Shown piece after piece: positions 53,703 through 64,000 of a stretch of 64,000 nt of DNA. The DNA is taken from positions 188,232,001 to 188,296,000 of the forward strand of contig OX597814.1 of NCBI GenBank assembly GCA_951406725.2. Reading direction: 5' to 3'. The notes below the pieces were generated by a model. That model did no database searches. It saw only the letters and a program-made list of their open reading frames with translations, and was not told where the DNA came from. The position numbers and the translations under genes were made by a program. Position 1 is the first letter of the stretch. The number at the start of each line of letters is the position of its first letter. The stretch comes from Octopus vulgaris. Lineage: Eukaryota.

Positions 53703-54014
53703 TAAGAGGGAATGACCATTAAGTGGACATCCATTATGCTAGAAGTAGACCCCCTATGGTATTACCACTAAGAAAGGATTGTTCTCAAAAAAAATTTAGC
53801 AAACGCCAGAAATTTTCTTGAGAACAATCCTTTCTTAGTGGTAAGACCATAGGGGTCTACTCCTAGTATAAAGGATGTCCACTTCGTGGTCATCCCTCTT
53901 ATATATATGTAATATAATTTTTCTGAATCTTCAGATTTTTCAATATGCTAGATCACTGGTTTTAAGTTGATATTAATCAAATTAATATTCAATTTTTCAC
54001 CCTTATTATTTTAA

Positions 54015-54018
<4 letters not shown>
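53703..54018. mobile_element. Family D element with inverted 5' segment
   Basis: 53703-53795 inverted at 53810-53901; (TA)n on both sides. Confidence 0.7.
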
Positions 54019-54073
<55 letters not shown>

Positions 54074-54289
54074 CATACATATATATATATGCACACATAA
54101 TATATATATATATATAATATATCCGTTAGGTCATCAAGTATGAATTTTTTAGAAAAGAAAAATGTTTGCTAATGTTTTATAAATACAAGGAATAGTTTTA
54201 TTCAACGAAGTTTGCATCCATTTTGTCAATACAGCTCGGAACTGTAAAAGCCTGGCAATCTAGAGTCAATAAAATCTTGGAAGGCTGTT

Positions 54290-55038
54290 TTACACCGTCC
54301 AGGTGGGGAACCTATACGCCATGAAATCGGGAAACCGGCCCTTATAAGCCAGGCATGGCTCGAGAAGGAACAAACATATATATATTTACATATATATATT
54401 TGTGTCAGTGTTTGTACCCCCAACATCGCTTGACAACCGATGCTGGTGTGTTTACGTTCCCGTCACGTATCGGTTCGGCCAGAGAGACCGATAGAATAAG
54501 TACTAGGCTTACAAAGAATAAGTCTTGGGGTCGATTTGCTCGACTAAAAGCGGTGCTCCGGCATGGCCGCAGTCAAATGACTGAAACAAATAAAAGAATA
54601 AAAGAATATATAGGCTCAGGGGTGGCTGTGTGATAAGTAGCTTGCTTACCAAACACATGGTTCTGGGTTCAGTCCCACTGCGTGGCATCTTGGGCAAGTG
54701 TCTTCTGCTATAGCCCCGGACCGACCAGTGCCTTGTGACTGGATGTGGTAGACGGAAACTGAAAGAAGCCTGTCGTATATATGTATATATATATGTATAT
54801 GTATATGTATATGTATGTGTGTGTGTGTTTGTGTGTCTGTGTTTGTCCCCCCAACATCGCTTGACAACCGATGCTGGTGTGTTTACGTCCTCGTAACTTA
54901 GCGGTTCGGCAAAAGAGGCCGATTGAGTAAGTACTGGGCTTACAAAGAATAAGTTCCGGGGTCGATTTTCTCTACTAAAGGCGGTGCTCCAGCATGACCG
55001 CAGTCAAATGACTGAAACAAATAAAAGAATAAAAGAAT
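54290..55038 (+). mobile_element. SINE cluster: S3-like tail, S1 3' half, full S1 (54612-55038)
   Basis: Similarity to other copies. Confidence 0.88.
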
Positions 55039-55843
55039 ATATGAATTAGATGAAATTTATTAGAATGCCTTTGATTTTTAGTCATCATTTTGTTGGAAGT
55101 TGTCTTATTAAATAATGTCTTTCTGTAGCTCCAGGTCACCATGATCCAACAGACTCAGTGCAATCCACAGAACCATATTTCTCATTCTGACGCGAAGTGG
55201 TTGATTGAAAGTTGTGCAATATAACGATCTGGGACTGTTCTCCTCGTACTGACCAGTCTGGCGATGTCCACAACGGCGACAACAAAGGTGAAATCGATGC
55301 CAGCCTAACGGCTGCTGCTCTCTGTACTTACTACTGATACTATACATCCTAGCTATAATTAAGGTTAATGGTGCTTATGATGTTGTTATTTGTGCATATG
55401 TGTTGTTGTTGTTGTTGTTTTTTTTATCTGGACTGAGCAGAGGAGTTGTAGATGTTGGTGCAGTAATGTTGTAAAGAGTTTCAGATGTGTCAGTTTAGTG
55501 GTGATTACAAATGTAATGATGGTGATTCATAAGAGTTGTAACTTGTTGCAAAAGCAAGCCGTCTGCATCGCATGTCCAGATAGTCTTCTATTTTTAATAA
55601 TTTTGCATCATCGTGCAAGTGTGTGCCAATAGTGTGTGGGATTCCAACCTGAGATAATGTAAAATGTGCTGATTTGCGTTCTTCATAAAAGACTGGATGC
55701 TCAGACAGGAATGAATGTATAAGTCATTCCTTACTGTTGCTGTTTCTTTGTGCTGGTTGAATAACATACCTATGACTGCTAGAAATATATCTGTGCGACG
55801 TTTAGCATTCTTTACTATGTCATCTACATGTCTTATGATATAA

Positions 55844-56219
55844 TCTCTCTCTATATAAAAGGCAAAATGTCTGTCTGTGTGTGTATGTGCGTATCCTTTA
55901 TACAAATCCACAATTTTTCAGTTAGATGGTTCGCACTTTCTATGGTCATTCAAAACTGTCCAAGGGTGGTCGTGCACATCTTTACATTCCTCCAGTCACC
56001 CTGCAAAGCCATTAAAAAATCAATAGAAGTGACTTTTTTGTGAATTTTCTATCCAAAACCCAATCAAAATGCTCGAAACTTGATACGCCAATTGAATGCC
56101 AGCTGGCTGTATGTGAGTGGTCGGAGATTTGGACAGTACTCGCGTGTATGTGCGCACGCATGCAGCTGTATATGCATGCACTAGCACTATGACCCGGCAA
56201 CGCCGGGTCATAGTGATAG
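55844..56219 (+). mobile_element. Non-autonomous Helitron, complete
   Basis: Inserted at A|T with no TSD (empty sites in sister units); TC start; 17/18 bp terminal hairpin 56181-56219. Confidence 0.9.
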
Positions 56220-56468
56220 TGTAAAATGTGCCGTTTTGTGCTTTTCATAAAAGACTGGATGCACAGACAGGATTGAATGTATAAGTCATTCCTTATTGTT
56301 GCTGTTTCTTTGTGCTGGTTGACTAACATGCCTATGACTGCTAGAAATATATCTGTGCGACTTTCGCATTCTTTACTATGTCATCTACATGTCTTATGAG
56401 ATAATGTAAAATGTGCTGTTTTGCGTTCTTCATAAAAGACTGGATGCACAGACATGGTCGAATGTATA

Positions 56469-56701
56469 TATTTCTTTACTACCCACAAGGGGCTAAACAC
56501 AGAGGGGACAAACAAGGACAGACACACGAATTAAGTCGATTACATCGACCCCAGCGCGTAACTGGTACTTAATTTATCGACCCGGAAAGGATGAAAGGCA
56601 ACGTCAACCTCGGTGGAATTTGAACTCAGAACGTAACGACAGACGAAATACGGCTGCGCATTTCGCCCGGGGTGATAACGTTTCTGCCAGCTCGCCGCCT
56701 T
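56469..56701 (-). mobile_element. SINE S4 with 17-bp TSD
   Basis: AC(A/G)TGGTCGAATGTATA at 56452-56468 and 56702-56718. Confidence 0.95.
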
Positions 56702-56839
56702 ACGTGGTCGAATGTATAATTCATCCCTTACTGTTGCTGTTTTTTGTGCTGGCTGAGTAACATGCCTACGACTGCCAGAAATATACCTGTGCGACGTTTA
56801 GCATTCTTTACTATGTCATCTACATGTCTTATGAGACAA

Positions 56840-57075
56840 TCTCTCTATATATAAAAGGCAAAATGTCTGTCTGTGTGTGTGCGCATCCTTTATACAAATC
56901 CACAATTTTTCAGTTAGAGGGCTCGCACTTTCTATGGTCATTCAAAACCGTCCGAGGGTGGTCGTGCAAATCTTTACATTCCCCCAGTCACCCCGCAAAG
57001 TCATTAAAAAATCAATAGAAGTGACTTTTTTGTGAATTTTCTATCAAAAACCCAATCAAAATGCCCGAAACCTGA
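56840..57075 (+). mobile_element. Second Helitron copy, 3'-truncated
   Basis: Homologous to 55844-56085. Confidence 0.88.
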
Positions 57076-57077
57076 AT

Positions 57078-57606
57078 ATTCAATTCAATTCAATTCAATT
57101 TTTATTGGCTCAAAAAGCAAAAGCAAGGCCATGTAGGGGGACAGGGAGTTATGTACAAGGAGGTGGTCATACAAAGAGTTCAGGCCATTTCTGGTCAAGA
57201 GAGACTTTGAACCGAGCGGTCGTCGGTATCGTCACTATCTCGTCCGGTAGCTTATTCCACGGATCCGCAACCCGGACGGAGAAAGCCCCTCTCCTTCGAT
57301 TGAGATGAAATCGTCATAGATAGAGCTTTTCGGAGTGATCCCACAGCCCACGCTCTGGAGCAGGAGTGAAGAACAGCTCTTTCGAGAGGTTACACTTTCC
57401 GTTATGATGTTGTGAGCAAGAATGAGATCACCACAATGTCGTCGTTTTTCGAGAGAATAAAGGTCGAGCGTCTTCAGCCTTTCTTCATAAGACAAATGCT
57501 TGAGACCAAGAGCCATGCGGGTAGCCAGCTTCTGGAATCTTTCGAGATGATGTATGTCTTTGAGGAGATAAGTAGAAGAGGCTTCAATCCCGGTCTCACC
57601 AGCGTG
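57078..57606 (-). mobile_element. CR1-clade LINE 3' fragment with (ATTGA)n tail
   Basis: HLERFQKLATRM..LSYEERLKTLDLYSLEKRR..GDLI; FSVRVADPWNKLP. Confidence 0.9.
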
Positions 57607-58790
57607 AATAACATGCCTATGACTGCTAGAAATATATCTGTGCGACTTTCGCATTATTTACTATGTCATCTACATGTCTTAGGAGATAATTTAAAATGTG
57701 CTGTTTTATGCTGTTTTGCGTTCTTCATAAAAGACTGGATGCACAGACATGATCGAATATATAATTTATCCAATAACGTTGCTGTTTCATTGTGCTGGCT
57801 GAATAACGTGTCTGCGAAGTGCTATAAGTATATCTGTGAGACGTTCAGCATTCTTTACAATGTCATCTACATGTCTTAAGAATGTTGAGGAGGTGTTCTT
57901 TGTAATTCCTAGTATTTTTGTCATCAGTGTTGTATGTGTGTGGTATGTTCAGGTTGTTAAGTGGGATGGTTGGTTGCGACTCATGTTCTCTGATGTTGTT
58001 GATAAGAGCGGATATGGGTGGGCTTAGTAGGTGTTTCTGTAAAATCTGTTGTTTTAGAACCAGATTTCTAGGTGGTTGATGTAGGATTGGAGAAATTGCG
58101 CTTTACATCAGGGAATAGTGGGAATATATATATATTTTTTGTTTTCACATGAAATCGAAATGCTTTATTTCTAGTGGGAATATTTGATTGTAATAATCAT
58201 TTTTGTGCAGTGTTGTGTGTATAATTTGAGGAGTGCGAAAGGTCGTTTCAGTACTGATAATTAGTGTAAGCAAAAGGACATATCCTTGAGGCACACCATT
58301 CGGAATATTGCAGATTCTTGATAATGTGATACATCATGGGTTTGTCAGCTTGATGAGTAACACTCTAGCTGACATGTTGAGTTGTTTCTTAGTTCCGGTG
58401 AAAGAGGATGTTAGCCATTGTATTTACCAGCGAGGTCGACACTATTAAAAATAAATAAATAGATACCGAATTACAGGGAACATAATTCTCTGTCGTAAGT
58501 TAATAGGTGTAGTTATATACGGTATAAAGTGTGAGCCATTAACACATTCAAGGAATCTCTGTGATGCTATTGTACTTTGCTTTAAATTTACAATAGTTTC
58601 GTTCAGTTTTCGATTTGGGGGATTTGACAATGTTGGTATACATAGTTCTATATACTGGTGAGTGCAATGAGTCTTTTATGTCCTATCGTGACTTTGTTAG
58701 GTCTTCAGTTTTTTTTTTTTTAGAATTTGGATTTCAATATGGCTTTTCTTGCGTTTGTGGGAAGAAAATGATTAAAAGCGTGGTCTAGAT

Positions 58791-59069
58791 CAATGGTTCT
58801 CAACCATTTTTTGTTTATGGAACCCTTTGATTCCTATTTTATTCTGCTGCACACCCATAGCCATTTTGAAGTTAAAAAATATCCCATTATATTTTTATAA
58901 TCAAATATTATAAGGAATTGTCTAAACAATCGTCAAAATATTTTGTGCATTGCTAGAAGTATAACTGATTTGTTGTACATAATTTTTAACAACTAAATCT
59001 TATATGGACCCCCAAGGATCACATACCCCCAACCCAAGAGTAATATGGACCCCCTGTTGAGAACCACTG
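58791..59069. mobile_element. hAT (Charlie-like) MITE
   Basis: CAATGGTTCTCAAC / GTTGAGAACCACTG; GTCTAGAT / GTCTTGAC duplication; related to 21659-21909. Confidence 0.85.
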
Positions 59070-59408
59070 GTCTTGACAATAAGGTAGAAATGTGTTTCGT
59101 TTTCCAGTTTTCTTTGATTGATTTTCGGTGGCTGACTTTTTGTTTGTTTTTTGGAGTGCTGGTGTATTATTTAAAGTTGCAACTATGAATTCAGAAGTAA
59201 TGCAGTCGTTGTTAGAGTTGTTCATATTGCTAATTATTTGAAACTGCAGAAAGAAATAAGTAGTAGGTAATGTCTAATTTTGAACTCGGCTATTCGTTAT
59301 CCGTTATGAGCGAAACAAACACCTTTGAAAAAATATTAATCTGTCATACGTTCTTTAAGATGATCGTAATTTATGAACGTAAGGCGTAGGAGTAAATATG
59401 AGTATATA

Positions 59409-59903
59409 GGCACAGGAGTGGCTGTGTGGTAAGTAGCTTGCTTACCAACCACATGATTCCGGGTTCAGTCTCACTGCATGGCACCGTGGGCAAGTGTCTT
59501 CTACTATAGCCTCGGGCCGACCACAGCTTTGTGAGTGGATCTGGAAGACGGAAACAGAAAGAAGCCCGTCGTATATATGTATACGGAGGTAGATTCTATA
59601 TTTTAATGGCGGTGCCCCAGCATGGCCACAACTCATGAGCTGAAACTAGATAAAATGAATAAAAAGGAAATATATATATATATATGTATGTGTGTGTATA
59701 TTTTTGCGTGTCTGTATTTCCCCCCCAACATCGCTTGACATTGATGGTGCGTTTAAGTCCCTGTCATTAGCGGTTCGGCAAAAGAGACCGATAGAATAAG
59801 TACTAGGCTTACAAAGAATAAGTCCTGGGGTCGATTTGCTCGACTAAAGGCGGTGCTCCAGCATGGCCACTGTAAAACGACTGAAACAAGTAAAAGAGTA
59901 AGA
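59409..59903 (+). mobile_element. SINE S1 with a short SINE tail nested at 59607-59668
   Basis: Head, extra GGCGGTGCCCCAGCATGGCC tail, then S1 3' half. Confidence 0.88.
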
Positions 59904-60192
59904 AAAATTCAAATTACTATAAAGACGGTTATTTCTTATTAAAACAGAAAATTGAAAATGGCATGTAGTAACTTTCATACATTTCTGTAAAATACATTAC
60001 CAATCAACAAAAAATCCATCTCCATAAAAATCTCAATTATTATATCTCTTAACGTCAGCAATATTTATTTACTTATTTATTCACCTTTTTGTTTTACTTT
60101 CTCTAATTCCTATTCAGTTCTCAATCATTGTTTATAGGCTTATTCAAATAACCGTCGTATATTGCATAAAGTACCTTGACTTTTATTTTATA

Positions 60193-60583
60193 CTAGCAGT
60201 ATAGCCCGGCACTGCTCGGGTTTGTTTTCTTTTCGACCCTTTAGAATTGGAATTTTTGAAAAGTAAAAATTTTGCATTATGTAGCTTGTTATTCTCTTTA
60301 AGTGAACATTTTTCTGGTTGAAATACACTGAAAAATGGTGACACAGCAGTCAAAAAATCGTAAAAAATAGGGATTTTCATAGAAAAAAAGCACCTTTTTG
60401 ATGTAAATAATTTTTGGTGTTAACATGGTCCGATTTGAATTTTTTCTTCGACGGAAGAAAGAGCAAGCCTTCTATCATACTCTCAATTTTGTTCAACTTG
60501 CGCCGCAAGGTCTCGGAGGAGATAGTGTTTGTTGAAGGCTACCAAACCTGCCATACACAGACAACTTCAGCTTTATATGTATA
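60193..60583 (-). mobile_element. Non-autonomous Helitron
   Basis: Minus strand ends CCCGAGCAGTGCCGGG..CTGCTAG|T. Confidence 0.8.
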
Positions 60584-61460
60584 TATTTTTTAGTGATGGA
60601 CACAGTCGTAAACAATTACATCTTTTTAACATTTAATGTTTCTTTCTCTTTTCGTTGGCCACTACAATTTTTATGATGTCAAATCCGCTGGAGATTTCCT
60701 TTTGTGTATCACACATCAACCGTCATTTGGTTTTGAGAATTTTGAGTAAAAATTCCTCAGTGTCTCATACAAAATAATCTCTAATAAAAAAAAAAAAGAA
60801 AAAAAACATAGCATGCGTTTTATGGAATTCGTTTCCCTCTCATTTCCTGAATTAGAAAGTTTTTGTTGGACCATTTTCACCTCTAACCAGATACATTTAT
60901 GTGCTCCCATTCGTGAACACACTTTACACATATGCAACTGTGACACTTCCTTATTACTTACATAAAATCAGAGCTAAAATTCTGAGGAGGATGTGACGTA
61001 TTAGTTTCATTCAATCAATATACATATAACATATAACATTGTATTCTCCCTTATCTAAGAACACAAGTTTTCATATTTTTTATAACCTGACTTTAAATTC
61101 ACACAGACATATACATACATACGTACGTACATACATACACACATACTCATACACGCACACACACTCACACGCACATACATACACACATATATATGTGTGA
61201 ATGTGTGTGTGTGTGTGAATGAATAAATGCATGTACGACATTCAGTTTTATTTCAAAATTTCTTGCCAATTGCGCTATAACATAAAAATATTTTTTTAAT
61301 AGATAAAGGTGTAACTATACATAACTGCGTGTTAAAAAGTTCACTTATAAACCACATGATTTTCGGTTCAGTCCCACTGCAAGGAGGCATCTTTGGGCGT
61401 GAATCTTATAGCCCCATGTCAACCAATGCCTTCTCAGTGATATTGGTAGACAGAAACTAA

Positions 61461-61875
61461 AGGCGGCGATCTAGCAGAAACTTAGCACGCCGGGCGAAAT
61501 GCTGAGCAGTATTTCGTCTGCTGCTACGTTCTGAGTTCAAATTCCGCCGAGGTCGACTTTGCCTTTCATACTTTGGGGGTCGATTAAATAAGTACCTGTT
61601 ACGCACTGGGGTCGATATAATCGAGTTAATCCGTTTGTCTGTCCTTGTTTGTCCTCTCTGTGTTTAGCCCCTTGTGAGTAGTAAAGAAATAGGTATTTCG
61701 TCTGCCGTTACGTTCTGAGTTCAAATTCCACCGAGGTCGACTTTACCTTTCATCTTTTCTGGGTCGATAAACTAATTACCAGTCATGCACTGAGGTCGAT
61801 GTAATCGACTTAATCCGTTTGTCTGTCCTTGTTTGTCTCTTTTGTGTTTAGTCCATTGTGGGCAATAAAGAAATA
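61461..61875 (+). mobile_element. Dimeric S4 SINE nested in an old S1 copy (~61340-62090)
   Basis: AGAAACT(A/G)AA on both sides; S1 similarity resumes afterwards. Confidence 0.88.
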
Positions 61876-62786
61876 AGAAACTGAATGGAAGCTCGTCGTA
61901 TATATACATGTACATATGTGCATGTGTGTGGGTGCATATTTGTGTTTTTTTCCCCATTGCAAGAAAACTTGTATTCAGTTGTGAAAGAGACTTATAAGTA
62001 CTAAGTTTAAAATAAGTGCTCTGGGGCCGATTTGTTAGACTAAACCCTTCAAGGCGATTCTTCAGTATGACCGTAGTACATTGACAGAAGCAAAAAAAAG
62101 CAACAAAAAAAAAAGCAGGAAGAGAATAGAATTAGTATTAATTAAGGACACACACAAACAAACGCATGTTTCTGAAAGAGGGAAACAAATATATAGAGAA
62201 GGAAAATTACAGCGATATAGAGATGAGAAAAGAAAGATTTCTTAAAAAAAAATGAGAAAAAACTGGCGTCCGTATTTTAAAGAGAAGCAGTAATTTACCG
62301 TTTCTACAATTCCTTAAGTACTTGGATCATTCAAATACCAAAATAGAACTCTTAAGAGAACACCCAGAAAACACTTATGGAACACATAAAGGAAGTCCGA
62401 TGAGAATACTTAAGCAAACACTTATGGGAACTGTTATGGGAATATTACAGTAGAACACTACATCCTCATTGAACGTTACGAACAGAATTTAAGATAAAGC
62501 GATTTGTTAATCAGAAATACTACCCAGTAATTTTGCGGACAACAGCAAGCTATCTAAAACCCTTAAGAGGCACTTTCGTGACCTGATTGATAAGGTATTA
62601 TTTAGGTTTCCACTGTCAGTGGCACAAATACATTTTTATTTGGTAATGAATATACTATTCGGCTCACAATGCTGTTGTTTTCTTTTACCTCAATGTAGTG
62701 AAAAAGCATCCTAGCAATTAAATAATATACAAGCTTTGATTTTTTTTTTAGCATACGTTTAAAAACTCCTTTCTACTCATATTTTT

Positions 62787-63170
62787 GGAAGCACTCCGTC
62801 GTTTACGACGATGAGGATTCTGGTTGATCCGAATCAACGGAACAGCCTGCTCGTGAAATTAACGTGTAAGTGGCTGAGCACTCCACAGACACGTGCACCC
62901 TTAACGTAGTTCTCGGGGATATCCAGCGTGACACAGAGAGTGACAAGGCCGGCCCTTTGAAATACAGGTACAACAGAAACAGGAAGTAAGAGTGAGAGAA
63001 AGTTGTGGTGAAAGAGTACAGCAGGGATCACCACCATCCCCTACCGGAGCCTCGTGGAGCTTTTAGGTGTTTTCGCTCAATAAACACTCACAACGCCCGA
63101 TCTGGGAATCGAAACCGCGATCCTATGATCGCGAGTCCGCTGCCCTAACCACTGGGCCATTGCGCCTCCA
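62787..63170 (-). mobile_element. SINE S2 with 13-bp TSD
   Basis: CTTTCTACTCATA at 62769-62781 and 63173-63185. Confidence 0.95.
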
Positions 63171-63650
63171 CTCTTTCTACTCATAAGGAGATTATTGGTA
63201 AAGCTATCTGTTATTATACCGGTGTAACTTCCTGCATTTTAATCCTTTACAAAGCTACTATAGTTCATAGAACCAGTAATTTTTTTACTTTGCTATCTTA
63301 CAATTAAGCGGATTGGAAACAAGATCTCTCTAGCCTCTCTCTTACCCCTCCTTGTTTCCCCTTCTCCATCTCCCTCTCCCTCTCTCCTTCTGTCTTTTTC
63401 TCTTGTTGCTAACTTATCTATTTCTACACAGGGAATAAGACAAATACGGATTTCTTATATTATATGTCAATAAGTTACAAGCATGGCTCTGTGGTTAAGA
63501 AGTGCGTTTCTTCACCGTATTTGCGGATTGCTTCGTACCGCGGGGAGCCTAGGGCAAGTGTCTTCTACTAAAGTGACTGGGATTGATCTGTCTTCTGAGC
63601 GGTACGCAGAAAACTGTTTATTACACTAGCGCGCTGCTTCTATTTCATAT

Positions 63651-64000
<350 letters not shown>

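Larger units (their letters stand above)
55651..57878. repeat. ~186 bp tandem repeat (about 5 units) within the LINE
   Basis: GAGATAATGTAAAATGTG...ATGTCATCTACATGTCTTA recurs at 55651, 55837/56220, 56398, 56833 and 57684. Confidence 0.9.
55100..58720 (-). mobile_element. Old Jockey/I-like LINE, decayed and multiply interrupted
   Basis: Minus: NGVPQG (~58285-58302), LQSYINHLEIWF, HVDDIVKNAKRR..QHKET, IEDYLDMRC, CRRCG. Confidence 0.55.

Noticed and set aside
55651-57878. Repeat-spacer array with unique inserts
   Set aside because: The inserts are identifiable Helitron, SINE and CR1 insertions

Overview
Eukaryotic, AT-rich, repeat-saturated animal DNA. The tRNA-derived SINE families and microsatellite load strongly resemble octopus/cephalopod genomic sequence (inference). 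Almost all ORFs in the supplied track are microsatellite artefacts. The window contains: about 30 copies of four tRNA-derived SINE families; decayed non-LTR retrotransposons (R4/Dong-like with restriction-like endonuclease, RTE, CR1, Jockey/I-like); non-autonomous Helitrons; hAT, Tc2/pogo-like and piggyBac-like MITEs; a mariner remnant; a tiny solo LTR; and two phase-compatible candidate host exons (30768-30813, 31713-31839). The most interesting signal is a set of unrelated-looking short non-coding elements embedded in (TA)n tracts. Several carry minimal type-I hammerhead-ribozyme motifs whose stem I differs in sequence between families yet stays paired, some have non-canonical catalytic cores, and several show fold-back or tandem-plus-inverted architecture. 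They occur alongside decayed Penelope-like RT/GIY-YIG coding remnants, suggesting a diversified Penelope-dependent retrozyme system. All calls were made by eye; coordinates of diverged elements are approximate.
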